Source: the human T2T-CHM13v2.0 reference genome, Homo sapiens. From it: a stretch of DNA of 64,000 bases. Of the stretch, positions 38,176 through 52,506 are shown in pieces. The stretch is taken from the NCBI RefSeq assembly GCF_009914755.1, contig NC_060929.1; one strand, 5' to 3'. The stretch's first letter is position 1, and every line of letters starts with the position of its first letter. The position numbers and the translations under genes were made by a program. The notes below the pieces were generated by a model. The model searched no databases. It was not told the DNA's origin and saw only the letters and a program-made list of their open reading frames with translations.

Positions 38176-41100
38176 ATTTTTGTTTAAATTAAATGCAATT
38201 GATTGTTAGTTATTGGATTTGTTATCGAGATCTTTATCACGCAATCACAAATTTTATAAAAATTTCTTATAGTTTTTTCAAGAAATCCCCTGGGATATTC
38301 ACAATATACTTGCTAAGCACAAGTTTCTGTGTACCTCCTTTGATCTTCTAATTTCTGTCCTTTGTGTGTGTGCTAGATTCGAATCTCACCCTACCAACTC
38401 CTCTCGGACTCTTATTCATTTCTCTCATTCAATTTAGCTTTAATTGTCTAATGTAGCTATATCTCACATTCTAGGTCTAAATTGTAGAAGAGCTACATTA
38501 GGTTAAATGCAACTCATAAAGGGAATGTAGACATTGCTCTTTCATAGTTTTCAGTTTTGGGATTTCATCATCGGCATAAAGAATAAAGAGATTACTTTTC
38601 AAATTTGAAGCTGAGTTTTGTTTCTTATGAAAAGACAGAGAAGAACTTACGAGTAATATCTTTCTAAGGACCCAGCTTATTCTCTCTAGCCACCATTGGT
38701 CTTGTGTGCTGGAAACACTATTCCTTTTCTCTCTAAATTTTTCAAATCAACCATTTAATTACTTAGGTTTTTGAGCTTCGAGTCTGTATTATTTATCTAT
38801 CTACAAAAACAAAAATATTCTTATCACTGCTTTACAAATTCTCACCCCTCATATTGGTAGAGAAGCAAAATTGAGGATGGACAGGATTCTTCAATAGTGT
38901 GTCAAACATAGTTTATAAATTAGATGGTAAATTTTATTTAATGATCTTAAATATTAATTCTTCACTTTTAGATTACATAGTATCCTTATCTAATCTGTTT
39001 AAAGAGAAACAGTAGGAAAAAGCTATCTTTCAGACTTAGCAATAAAAGTTTCCAGATAAAGAAGTTTCATGTATATATTTTTATTCCATATTTTATAACC
39101 TCAGAATAACTAAAATATGGCATATTAATTTTTAATTAAATATTTAAATACCTCTAATACAGTGTAGATTGATGTCATTTATGTTTTTCAATCCAATTTC
39201 AAATAGAAGGGCAATTTCAAAATTACTTGGTATGGATTGTTTGTAACAAAAATGCAGAAATCAAAATTTAACTTTAATTATCCGTACAAAACAAAGTATC
39301 TGGAAACTTTTGCATATTGGATTTGTTCCTGACCTCTTCATACTTAAAAATTCAATCCTTTTGTGAAACCATCTCCTTTCTGCAATCATATCAGGATGAC
39401 TACCCACTACTACCACTTTGAAAGCCTTTAGATTTAGAATGATAGATTGTTCCCAGGAAATGTATTCATTATGTCCATGTCAATCATTAGTAAACAGAAG
39501 GAATAACATTTCTAACTTAGAAAGTAAAACTTTTTATCACAAAAAATACATGTACATACTTATGTATAGTTATTTTTACCAAAATACTAAAAGAAAATCA
39601 GGGTTGTTAGTAAGCAGACAAGGTGGAAAATGAAATATTATCAAACTAACTATTTTTATGGACAATCATGAGACCTGGTTATAGTGATGAAAAAAAGAAC
39701 AAAATATTTAAATGTAATTGAGAAAAAAAGGATTTTGATTATATCAATTAAGCGTTTGCCTTATGAAAAGAGTTTAAGAGTTAAAAGAAATAATGAAAAC
39801 ATAACTGACAATTCTTAGAATTTCATATCCCATCTCCGTGGCAGGATTTACTCTAAAAGGTATGTGTGAAACAACCATAATTTGGCATCATGATCACTGC
39901 CTGTCAGATTCAATTCCAACATCAGCTACTTACACTCAGTTTACATAAGAGAAAAAAGATTCATCCTGGGTGTTTCTTTCTTTGGTATTGTGTTTCCTTT
40001 TTCTAAAAATGGATCTTCTCAGTAAATACATTGACTTTATTGAAACAATGGATATTTAGTGAACCTCAGATTTTAATGCAAGTCTGAGAAACTCAAAATA
40101 CAGTCACAGATAACAAATGCCATCTGATCATAATTTGTAAAACGAAATTTTTTTAAGAGAAAACTAAAAACCTAAGTCTCTTTTATTTTTAATAATTATC
40201 ACATAACAATTTCCTCACATTTCTGCATGACCATTTTTCCCAAGAAATCACCCAGATTTATGAAACCTATGTGCAAGAAGCAACAACACAAGTCCAATTC
40301 TGTGCTTACAGAAAATATCTACATATTTCACATAAAAATACAAAAGGTACTTTTAAAAAGTTAATGGTAGTGCAAACAACTGACAATTGTGTTAAAAAAT
40401 AAAAATAAATGTAATCACTGGTATCAGAATTTTGATTATGTTCTCTATTGAATGAATGTTATTAACATTCTATCATATTTTCCACCTACAAAGACCACAA
40501 AGCATTAATGTGCTACAAAGCAGTCAGCTCGTTGCAATTTAAAATTTCAGTTTTTTTAAAAAAAATTTCAAAACGTTGGCATTCTCATTTTTTTCTTAAA
40601 GTAAAGCATCATTAAAGTTTTCTCATTTTAAAAAGATAGTTATTTTCTTTATTAATAATAATCATTTAACTGTAATATGCTTTTAAATATGTTTGGACAC
40701 AATTTGGCAATTTTTGTAAAAAGAAAGTCTTTCTGGTGAGTAATAAATATATGTGGGAATTTAGTATGTTTTACAAACTTTTCCAGAAATAACAGTGTAT
40801 ATTTAACAATGTTAAAATACCTGTGTATGTTTAAAATGTGTAAACAACTTTACAAATACATACATATGCATGCTATAAATATAGGCAATGTTAATTATCT
40901 TGCCATTTTTGTCAAATTAGAGACGATGTGTAATGTGATTAAAAAGGAAGATATGTACAAAAAGAAAAACACCGAAATGTTAAGCATCATTATTGTGGGT
41001 CTTTGTGATTATGGGTAATATTTTTTGTCATTTTTTCTTCTTTGTATTTCAATATTAATGTTTCTTACATTTTGGAGGCAAATTTTCTTGGAGAGACATT

Positions 41101-43319
41101 GGAAGGCACAGCAGATCAGGATGTTAAATTAGCGTTTAAAGGTGGTGGAGAACTTGACAATGAATGAATGAGGGAAAGGTGATCTTTCTGGGGCAACTGG
41201 GCCTCGTTTTGCCATGAACTGCAGCATTTACATTGCACCACAATGATGAAACAAAGACAGAATCAAGGGACGCTTAAAAGAAGAAAGTGAGGTGGCGAAT
41301 GGCCTCCCATGAGAAAAGCTTTGAGGTTTTACTTGAATGAGCATACATAGCAGGGTTGAATTTAAGGCCCTATGAATATACTGGGGGAAAAAGTGCTTAA
41401 GACCATTGCACTTTCACATTGGGAGGTGATAATTTGAGGATTTTGTTGCTGTGGTTGTTGTGTTTTTTTTCCTCCTGTTTTAATTTGTTTTCCTCCTAAT
41501 GTGGTAAAAAGCTTATGAATGAATACATTATACTTGTACCTATGCATATTCTTAATGGGGCTTAAACATGGTGAGGAGAGAATGGCAAGGTAAAACACAA
41601 TTTTTCATTTCTTATGTTATTTAAACAATTGTGTGTTTGATACCAATTTGACAAGATCATAGTTGTGAAATACAGGCCAAGTTTTCTTATTTCAACAATT
41701 CTGTGTACATTTACTATAAATTAAAAATTAGAAGATAATAATAATTTTAATGACTTGTGTTTCTATACCATGTTATTTTGCTTTCAGTGAAAAAAATCTA
41801 ACTTTACAAATTTAATATTAATAAGTTATTTATAAAACGAACTTTTGGTGCTTTTGAGAACACCCTTTCCTTCCATCTTTTGTTTTAGAGGAATAATTCA
41901 GAAATTCAATACAAAAAGCCTTTTTAAAATATGCATACATTATGTATATTTAAAATGTCAGCCATTTGTAAACTACTTCAACATAAAATGATCACGACAA
42001 GACTGAAGGTAAATTGTTGGTATAGAGTGAAGGCTATTTTGAGTTCTGCAAATATGTACCGTGTGTCTGAGCTCAACTTTTGATCTAGCTTCTCTACACA
42101 AGTTGTATTTAACATCTTTGATCTCTGAGTTAGTGATCTAATCTGCTGTATAACTTAGCTTTTATTGATCTGTTCTCATGCTAAGCAAATCAAGTCTCAC
42201 TTTTATGGGGTAGATTGAAAAAGATAGTAAAACTGCCTCTGAGACAGCAGTTTAAATCTGTGCAATAACAGTGAAAGCAAGAGATAAGACATTTATTACA
42301 CTGCCAAACTTCACATGAACTCAAAGTGTCATTAAATAGGTATGTGTCATTTGCCACAGATATTTATTTTACTAGAGATCATGGTTACCACCCATTTGGA
42401 AGCAATGTAGTATATTTTCTACTGTCATAGAATATATTGCTTGTCCAGGTACCCATATTTATACAGGCTTTTGTTGCATACCATAGCATTCTTTTTGAAT
42501 GAATTATTTATTCTGATTGAACAATGCCTGCATGTACTTTTTTTTCCTTTCAGTGTTGTGTCAAGAACAACAGAGAAGAGGTTTATGTTGGGTTGCCTTT
42601 GTAATATTGATTTTTAAAAGCCATGTTCAAGAGAATAAAAGACTAATAATATGCATTGACTACTTTTATTTACCCCCTATGATATTATTCCTTCTGTTCC
42701 AATTGATATTTTATCACAAAGATGGAAGGAAGTGATGTAAAAATTGAGACTCAACTAACCAATATTGACAGATTATCACTTGCCCTGTAAAAGACACTTT
42801 TTCTATTGGAGCTGGAACTAAAAATTCAAAAGATGCAGACGAAGAAATGATGGTAGTTCAAAGATACAATGGACTTTAAAAATAGCAACAGACATATTTG
42901 AATGGCATTTTATGACTTTATTAATGCACTCTAAAAATTATAATTCTACATTAACAAATTATAAAAACATGATTATAAAACAGTAGCTATTATTGCATGG
43001 TGTATAATAAAAAGAAAATATTTACAAATGAGGAAATGCAACCAACAACAAAAACTATGCGAGTTAGAACTTTATTCATTAGCAACTGAAGGAAGGTAAT
43101 AAAAGTAATCATGAGGTTTCACTCATCCAAGCCACCTAAAAAGGGAGGAAAAAACAGAGAGGATACAGTGTAATTTTATTGTGATTGTAAAATTCAGAAA
43201 AAAACTACCATTAGAAATTTAACAGTTGAATTTCTGTTAATTTCCTATGAAATTTAAAAATTAAAACAATTAAATATTAAATATTTATTTTAATTTTCAG
43301 TTTACATTTACTTCTTTAA

Positions 43320-45160
43320 ACATACAGATTCTTAGAAGCTCTATATTATTCTATCATATGGACACTAGAATTTACTTTATCATTAACCTTATGTTGGACA
43401 CAATGATTATTTCCAGTTAAATACTGCTACAATAAACTTTGTCATGTCAAAATCTTTATTTAACTACATTTCAAGTTTTTACCTTGGCATAGATTTTTAG
43501 AAATGAAATTACTGAACTAAAGAGTATACATTTTGATGTATATTCCCAAATTTTTTCCAAGAAAAGTTATATCAGTTGTTAATATCTTCAGCCTTTTGTG
43601 AATGCCCATTTTGCCCTACCTTTCCCTGTGTCATACATTATCATTTAAGCTTTCCTAATTTGAAAAACAAAGGGAAGTGTTTTATTTTCAAGTTAACATT
43701 TCTTTCACTAATATTAAGCTCAATATTTTTATATTTTCATAATTTCATTAGATTATTTTTTCTCCTTTATGTGAATTACTTTAGTTATCTACTGGAATCT
43801 CATATGTAGTTATAAATTTCTTGTTACTCTTATTTTAAGAATTTTAATTTTATTCTGTTTCAAATATTTTTCATTTTAATTTATTATTAATTTTAGTTAT
43901 CTTTTTGTTTGACAATTAGAAGTTTAAATATCAATATATTTATGACAATATATTTTCCTTTAACACTTTAAAGCTAAGTGAGTATTTTTTCATCCAAAAC
44001 CCAATTGATATGGTGCCATATTTTTCTAGTTTTTATGCTCTATTTTTTTCCCCAATTACACTATATGATGTCATTTCAGTTACTTTTTTGTATTATATGA
44101 GGTATGGAATCAATCTTCTTTGGATATTCAAAGAGCTAACCAATTTCCTAGAGCTAATTTTAAATAAAAATATTACAGCTAGCTTTGTTCTAACATAGCG
44201 ATGTCCATAGTTTGCACATCATATGTATACACTTTTTCATTTCCTATTATTTCAAAACCATCACTTTTAATGTCTATAAGGTGTTCGTTATAGCTATAAA
44301 GGATATAACACAATTTAATAGACTCATATGTCTGGCCATTTACATTGCTTTCAGTTTTCCGACATTATAAAAATTGTTGAAATTAACAAATTTCTACTTG
44401 TACTTTTTTCTCAGTTTGTATCAGATTTATATTCTAGCTTTCCAGAGGTGGTATAATAAAAATAAAGTATACAAACTTTTCTTAGGATTTGAAAGATATT
44501 CACAAAACGTCCCTGTAAAATGTTATGTTAAATATATATTGAAAATGCCATCAACAGTGTAACAAAATATCAATTTCACTGTATTTTCTCTGTTTTTTTC
44601 CTCCCTTTTCAGGTTGATTGGATAGGTAAAACCTCATGATTATTTTTATTGCCTTCCTTCATTTACTAATGATGGTTATAATTTTTTGCTTAGTTTATGT
44701 TGTTGGTTGCATTTCTTCCTTTGTAAAATATATATGGCATTCATTTACTCACCTATGATTCAGTAGTTTTATTTTAGGTCTTTTATGTATTTATGTTATG
44801 TATTTTATTTAGTTATTTATATAATCAAGCTATTAACTGTTACATTATAATAATTATTCATATTTTCTACAATGTCTTCCTTTTTATTTTACATAGATGC
44901 GTTTGTTTTTGCATTTACAAATATGTTCCCCATTCTTTTAAACAAGCTATGTTATATCTGCCAAAAAATGTGATAAGTATGGAATTCCATTTTTCATTTG
45001 TGTTTCCTCAATCAGGTATTTATTTTAATTTTTTACTATCAGTAAAAATAAAAATGAGTTTTTAAACAAACTCTTGAATTGGCTAAAATTCTACAGCTTT
45101 CAAATTTCTTTGATATAAAAATAATCTTGTATTTAATCTTTGTTATTAATGTGATGGCAA
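43320..45160 (-). mobile_element. Old L1ME-like fragments
   Basis: T-rich antisense L1 3' motifs (atactgctacaataaac, tttttagaaatgaaattactg, gcatttcttcctttgt). Confidence 0.55.
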
Positions 45161-46244
45161 GCAAAGAACCCAAATTCAGAATAAAATCAATAGTTTTAGT
45201 TCTAATGTAGTTTGTAATCAACTCAGTGTTGCTTAAAATTTTTAACAATTAATTTTAGCTCATATACTTAGAAGGTCTAAAGGGATTAATGAATTAATGA
45301 CTGAATCCAACATTTTAAACAGGTTAAACTCCAGCTCTTGTATAACCTCTGGGGTGTAATCTCTTGTTTTATTTCTAAGCCACAGAGGCCACCCTGCAGT
45401 GATGATTTTGTCTTATAGGAAAGTAACCCCCCTGGGCAGCCTGACTGAAAGTGCCTATCCCTGTAAGGCAGATCATCCTATCCTTAGATTTGGGACAGGT
45501 CTAATAAGGAACCGATGCAGGACCCACAACATAAAGGATGTCTACTTCCAGTCAACACCTTATGTTAAGAATCACTGCATTTCTCTGAGACTCTTGAGTT
45601 AAATTCATATATTTAGTTTTTCAGTCTCAGATTGATAAGTAGTTATTGGTAAGTTCCACCACACTGGCAAGTCATAGGAAATAAAATTCAAATTCAAAGT
45701 TCAATTTTAGGTTGTCTAAGCTGAAGTAATCTTCAAAATAATTTTGTGGTGTTAGTACTTACATGACATTTTTGCTTGTCAATAAATGGATAGGGTGTAC
45801 TACTTCAGAAATTCTTTATTCTGCATTGAAAGTTGAAGAGAAGAAGCTTTGCCAAATAACTTGTAGTTTATAAGCAATGTCCATAATGCCACTTATGAGG
45901 TCCTGAAATTGTTCTCATCTGTGTAGTCAAAAATATCTGCCAAGTAAGCCAACTTGAATAAATTTCTCCCTATCAATGAATTCATTCTCAATTTTAAAAC
46001 AAATGCTTCAACTGTAATCTAAGTAATTTTAGGATATTTTGGAAAGAAAATAATCTTCTGTTAATATAAAATAGTTGTAAAAAATTGAAATTATCATTCA
46101 CTTGACTTAACATATATGTACAACCAAAATAAATGAGGAGCTGGCCAAACTGAGGAATTGATGAAAAACTGAATAATTATCAATTACTCCATAAAGTTCT
46201 TGCTTCAAAATATTAAAGGGTGTCAGAAATGCTAGAGTAGATGG

Positions 46245-46780
46245 TGTTATTTGACAGAGGCTTTGCTTTGGTGTTTTTTCCAATTACATTAAAAATATCT
46301 ATAATTCCCCCCACCTCTCATTTAAAAAAATACCTGTTTCCTCATCCCTTGAATCTGAGTTAGCCATGCGACTTGTTTTGACTAAGGGATTTAGCCAAGT
46401 AAAGAGAGGTTTGAAAAGACTTACCCATTGGGAATTTCCTTTCTGCTCTTCAAACCCTACCACTGCTATGTGAGTGAGCTAGGTAGAGCCTACTAGACGG
46501 AGAGTTAATGCGAGATAATTGGCCCAGTTACCCCTGTTGCTCCAGTCAACAGCTGGACTACTGTCAGACATTTAAGTAAGGCCATTTTACAATATCCAAG
46601 TCCCAGCTGAGCCACCAGAGGACTGCAGACACATGAAAAAGCCAACTGATTTGAGCTGAGTCCAGTCCAGTTGAGAGAATCACTCAATTGTCCTGTAGAT
46701 TGATGAGTAATGATAAATACCAGAGATTTAAAGCCACTAAATTTTGGTTGGTTTGTTGTATGTTTTCAGATGACTGATAG
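46245..46780 (+). mobile_element. MLT1F/G-type LTR
   Basis: cccttgaatctgagttagccatgcgacttgttttgac...taagccactaaattttgg. Confidence 0.75.
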
Positions 46781-47026
46781 AATTCAGCCTCTGCACTAAG
46801 AAGTAAAACACAGAGACCATTTCAAGTGGACCTGGAAAGACTTTTCAATCACAAGAGACTTTTTTTGCTCAATTAGTGAATAAACAACCTTTCACAAAAC
46901 TCTAGGACAAGATTCTTTTAATGGGATAAATCTCATCTCATCCTCTTTAGTAAGATCTTCTCTATCATAAAAATAACCTACACTTTCTCATGGACACAGT
47001 TAGGTTGTTCTTCCCATTGAATTTTC

Positions 47027-47325
47027 TATTTATTATTTATTTATTTAGAGACAGAGTCTTTGTCACCCAGGCTGAAGTGAATTGGCATGATCATACCTCA
47101 CGGCAGCCTCAAACTCCTGTTTTCAAGCAATTTTCCCACTTCAACCTACTGAGTAGTTAGGACTACAGGCGTGTGCCACCATGCCTGGCTATTTTTGTTC
47201 TTTTTTTCCCAGACATGGGTCTTGGTGTGTTGCCCAGGCTGGTCTCAAACTCCTGGCCTCAGTGATCCTCCTGCCTTGGCATCCCAAAATGCTGGGATTA
47301 CAAGCATAAGCCACTGTGCCTGGCC
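47027..47325 (-). mobile_element. AluJ
   Basis: gcatgatcatacctcacggcagcctcaaactcctg; (TTTA)n tail. Confidence 0.9.
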
Positions 47326-47429
47326 CCTATGGAATTTTGTAATGTTACTTGCTTATAAGCAGTATTGATAATTCTGTGTTCGTTTGTGTTTTGTAATGCA
47401 AGTAAAGGACATACAAATGTAAATCTTAC

Positions 47430-47537
47430 CTTTACTTTGACATTTGCCAACTAAGTTAGGCTACTTTAAACAAATACTAGAGGTCAATAATTATTGGCAG
47501 AATACGTTGTCTTTTATTCTTATAGTAGGAAAGTATT
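47430..47537 (-). ncRNA. Candidate internal non-coding exon (108 nt)
   Basis: Acceptor tctcttttctttgatgtttag|A; donor AAG|gtaaga. Confidence 0.3.
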
Positions 47538-48659
47538 CTAAACATCAAAGAAAAGAGATTGTGATAGGTAGTTACCTGGCTATGTATAATTGAGTCTCAC
47601 ACCATCTCTAATTTTTTCGAAAAGAAATAGTAATACCTTATTTGCATAATGTGATATGAATTATTTTTAAAAGATAATTTTCTAAGTAACAAAAAGTATA
47701 TTTGAGGGAAAAATACTTTTATTTTTTACATGCAGTTCTCAGATGCTATGACATTCAGTCATAGACCACAGGTAAAAAACTTATACTCAATATTTACCAT
47801 TAAATAAAATGTTGAAAGTAAGTTTGAAATATGTTCCATCACAGAAGAGTAGGAAGATTAACTTAATATAAATTATCTTTGTAATCTAAGGTGGTAATAT
47901 GGTATATTAATTTCATTTTTAAAGATTTAATATTTCCAAATAGCAAGATACCCTTAAAAATATAGACAAGGTATTCCCAACTCATGATAATTCATGCTTT
48001 TGATATAGTTCATATCATATTTGTTAGTATTTTAATTATTATTTTCCATTTATTACTTTTTCTCTATGAATTTACCATCTTAGAACTTTTATATGCTCAA
48101 GGCAATATTTGCTCTGTGAAATGAATTAGTTAGTTTTCATTAATTTTACATTGACTGGAATGATTTTTAAGCATAATTATCTGTTCTTAGGCTGCACAAG
48201 TGAATCCATTTAGAAATAACTTGCAAATATATTTGTCCATGTTTTTATTTTTACTTTCATTGCTATAATGGAATTCATTTATTTTTATAAGATCAGTGAA
48301 GTTTTCAGATTTATCAGTATATAATTTTGCCAGTTGTACAGGGTTCTTTAATTTTAATGATTGCATTATAAACCATACATTTTCTTTCATATACAATTGC
48401 ATTTTAAATCTGTTAGTTGCAGTTCTCTATCTGTACTTCTGTGTGTGTGTGTTTCTTTCTACTTACCTGTATTTTTATCTGTTATGCATCAGTCTTCCAA
48501 TGTATTTATTGATTTTGTTTCTATTAATTTATTTCACCAATTTCTCCCCCCCCACCTTCCTACTCTACTTTTATTTTGATGTACCTTTTATTCTTTAGAA
48601 TTTTTTTCTTTATCTAATAAGTTCAACATTTTATTTTATTTTATTGAGCTTTTAGGAAG

Positions 48660-48792
48660 GTTATTCTCTATACATAAATATATTTTATTGATGCATAATA
48701 GATGTACATATTTTCAAGGTACACTGCTAATTTAATATATTTATATAATTTGCATAGATCAAATCAGTGTACTTGACATATCCATCACCTTA
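48660..48792 (-). mobile_element. L1MA 3' end fragment
   Basis: ttttattgatgcataatagatgtacatatttt...gatcaaatcagtgtacttg...atccatcacct. Confidence 0.75.
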
Positions 48793-51362
48793 GAGAGTTC
48801 TACATTTTAGTTCATAAGTTTTTTTTATTTTCCAATAGTGAAATCACAGTTGTCTGTTAATTTAAAATTTTGGTGTAGAAAAGCTTTGTAAAAAGTTATA
48901 TGTTAATCAACCCATCTGCTGTATCTAGCACATTTTCTTCTTCTTTCTTCCTAGGAATACTGTACTGCTGACTTTTATTTTTAAATGCAAATATTTGTTG
49001 TAGATTTTCAAACTTTAAAAATCTTTCCCCAACTTGCATACACTTTCAAGTATTTGTCATTCCTTTATGTTGGTGTACATTCTACATTGTTTTCTATTAC
49101 AAATGATAGAAATGCAAGAGCAAGAAATGACGGCGACACCCTCCTGGACTATCATCTTGGTTCAGATTGGGTAATTTAATAACTACGGTCTCATATGGTG
49201 GATAGCAGAAAGAATGGGAAAGAGGAGAAGTTAAAAGGGTGAGAAGAACAATGTTTACACAACATGAGTGTGCAGTAAGGGCACATTTCATGTCTATGAA
49301 ATATGCAGAGGAAAAAGATATTTATACCTAAGAGGAGAAAAAAGTAGAAAGGCAAGGTGGGTACCTAATGACTATGTTCACCCATTTTACGATTTTGCAT
49401 AGTCCTACAAGCTAATATGCCTATATACGGTTTCCCTATATACAGGAAGCTGTGGTATGACAATAATATTTCAACTATAAAATACTCTACAGTAGCCTGT
49501 GCTATGAAAGGATAGATCAAAATGTTGTTACACTAATTAATAAATTAATGACGCATTTATTTTATACATTTATTTACTGATTTAGTCTCACATCGACATG
49601 AATGCATTAAAATAATTAACAAAGTTTTGTTTTCTTTCCCAAGTCTGAAAGTCACTTATCTGGGTGCCTAAAGTGTCAGGGAAAATATTTCCAACTGTTG
49701 AATGTATAAATTATTCTGTGTTCCTGCCTGCTGCTATTGGAGAGCCAATAAAAGTGTATGGCAACACTAAGTCTAGTTACTTTTGTTAATCAATTATAAA
49801 GCACTTTCAGTGCTTCTGTCACTTGACAAAGCAGTTGTAGGCTACAAACTTAATTGGCCTTCACACATTTTGAAGCAAATATTATACTGTGTATCTTAAG
49901 CCCCTATAAGCGTCCATCTCCTGCAATTACTAAAATAATGATCTATAGATATGGCATAATAGGCAGCACAGTTTAAGAGAACAAAATGAAAATAATTTAT
50001 TTTAATAGTGAAATGGAGTTTCATTTCAGGTTTACAAAGTGTAATGAAAGTGGCAGATTTTAAAGTTTATAATAATGCTTTAGTCAGACTAATATAGCAA
50101 TTTTAATTCTAAGTACACATTAGAGTTCTTAATGAGTTAATTTGCAAGTCATTCCTGTGAAGCATAGAAATATTACAAATCTCATTTCTATTTATAAGAG
50201 GGTTATAGGTTACAATTATTTCTGAATGAGATATAACTAGAATTTTCTCAAAATTCAGTACGTTTATTTATTTCTCTATAAAATTACCTAGTGACAATTT
50301 CTCACCATCTCTAGCAAAGAAGTATGTCAAGAGTGACGGGATTCAGAAAGGTCAATAATTCGTACAGGACACACTGATAAACCAGAGAGGAGAAGATTAT
50401 CCTTTCATCTAACCACCTGTCCATTCATATAATAAGACCAGAATCTGAGTTTAAGATTAGCAGATTTTCACCAGTACTACATCCAGGTGGAAACTACAAA
50501 TATCGAGGCAATTCTGAGCATATATCAAGGCACTCTTTTCAGTATTTGCCTGATGCATGGGTAAATTTCCAAAAATTTCCACTGAATGATTTCATTCTGA
50601 TAACAGACAACCCATATTCTTCACGCCAATAGTCAGAGACCTTATTCACAAAATTTTGCAGCAATTCTGCTCTTCTTCATCTCTCCTTGGCAGTTAATTT
50701 CTCCATACTCTAGTACTTTGTAGTTCAAATGATCTTCCTAAAATATTACTTCCATGTCAATTTCCTGTTCAAACGTCACTATTCTAGGTGCCTTCATTTA
50801 GCTTTGAAATTATGAAAGTAACCTATCATCTAGCTGTATGTATTATAATCTAGTGTATCAGTAGTTCATTATTTTACATTGTTGAATAATATTCCATTTA
50901 TTAATACACCAAAATTTGTCTATTCATTTTGCTATCACTGGCATTTGGCTTCTCCTACAGACACTTGAGTCCTTTCTATTTTTGGCTATTCATAATAAAA
51001 CTGTTATAAATATTTTTGTACAAATGTTTTCATAAATATATGGATATATTTTAATTTTTCTTGGTATACAAATAGTAGAATTGCTTAGCAATTGAATAAA
51101 TGTATGCTAAACTTTGTAAGAAACTGCCAAAGAACTTCTCCAAAATGGATGTATCATTTTACATGACCACAAGCAATGTATAAGACTTCCAGTTGTTCCA
51201 CATACTTGTCACCATTTAATGTTGTCCATCTTTTTATTTTTAAATTTTAGCCATTTATTGCTGCATAGTGTTTTCCATTTTCATTTATCTGAAGACTGAT
51301 AATATTGAATACCTTTACATGTGCTTATTGACCTATTCCTATATTTGTTTTAATTGTTTAGT

Positions 51363-51555
51363 ACAGCTTTTTCCATAAAGGGAGAGATAGGAAATATTTT
51401 AGCCTTGGAAAGCCAAAGAGGATCTATGTAACATATCTTTTTAAAATTTTTTAAACACATTAAAAATTTGAAAATTATTCTTAGTTCTTCAATCATATAA
51501 AAACAGACTGCACATCATATTTGGCCTGTGGGTTGTAGTTTACCAACACTCGGTC
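51363..51555. mobile_element. MER58-like hAT-Charlie element
   Basis: tttttccataaagggagagataggaaatatttt...ttggcctgtgggttgtagtttaccaacac. Confidence 0.7.
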
Positions 51556-52474
51556 TAGTCCCTCATCTATTTTTATTGGGTTGTGTGCTATTTTATTATT
51601 GATTTGAATTCTTTATATATTATAAGCATGAGTCTTTCTCTGGATATATGTATTATAGCCAAATATTTGAGGATTTTATAGACTTCTTATTGTTATTGAT
51701 CAAAATTTTACTCATAGACATATTGAATAATATATTAAACACTCACAATTTACTGCAGATTCTTAAATGAGCTGTCATATGCTCTGTCTTAGTAATTACA
51801 TTTGTACTTTAAAAGAAAGCATATTCTGCATTTAGAGGTGTAATTTTTTGAAACATTAATTATATTAGGTTAGTTGATATTGTAGTTCAAATTTTTTATA
51901 TTCCTCTTGATTATTTTGTTAAAAAGGACCTATCTGTTTAATAACAGAAAGATGTAAAGATCTCTATCTATGGATATTAATTTCATTATTTCTTCCTTTA
52001 GTTCCTTCAACTTCTATTTTATTATTTTGAAGCTTTGTTAGTAGACACACACAAAAGATGTCTTTCAGAGAAATTATCATTTTTATTAAGAAATGTCCTT
52101 CCTTATGTTTACTAAGTCTTAGTCTATTAATGTCTATTTTGTCTGATATTAAAATAGCCATAGTAGCTTCTTTATACTTACTGCTTACATATGATAATGT
52201 TTATATTTGAATAGTTTTAAACTTTCAACCTGTGTCTTTATATTTAAAGTTTATCTCTTGTTAGTAGCATATACCTGGGTCTTGCTTTCATATTTAGTCT
52301 GACAATCTCTAACATTAATTAGAATACTTAACCATTTACATTTAATGCAATTTTTGATATAATTGAATATAAGTCTACCAACTTAATATTTGTTTTATTT
52401 TCCCCCCAACCTTTCTGTTTTGGTTTTAAATTCCTCCTTTTGGGGCTTTCTGTTTTCCTTTGTGTGTCCGTACG

Positions 52475-52506
52475 TGTGTGTGTGTATGTGTGTGTGTGTG
52501 TGTGTA
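52475..52506. repeat. (TG)n microsatellite
   Basis: Interrupted TG run. Confidence 0.9.

Noticed and set aside
42554-42580. Strong + strand acceptor with a possible 27-nt micro-exon
   Set aside because: The donor (GAG|gtttat) is weak, there are no partner coding exons, and T-rich DNA yields many such acceptors.
48461-48470. Perfect minus-strand donor CAG|gtaagt
   Set aside because: No credible upstream acceptor or promoter; low-complexity context.
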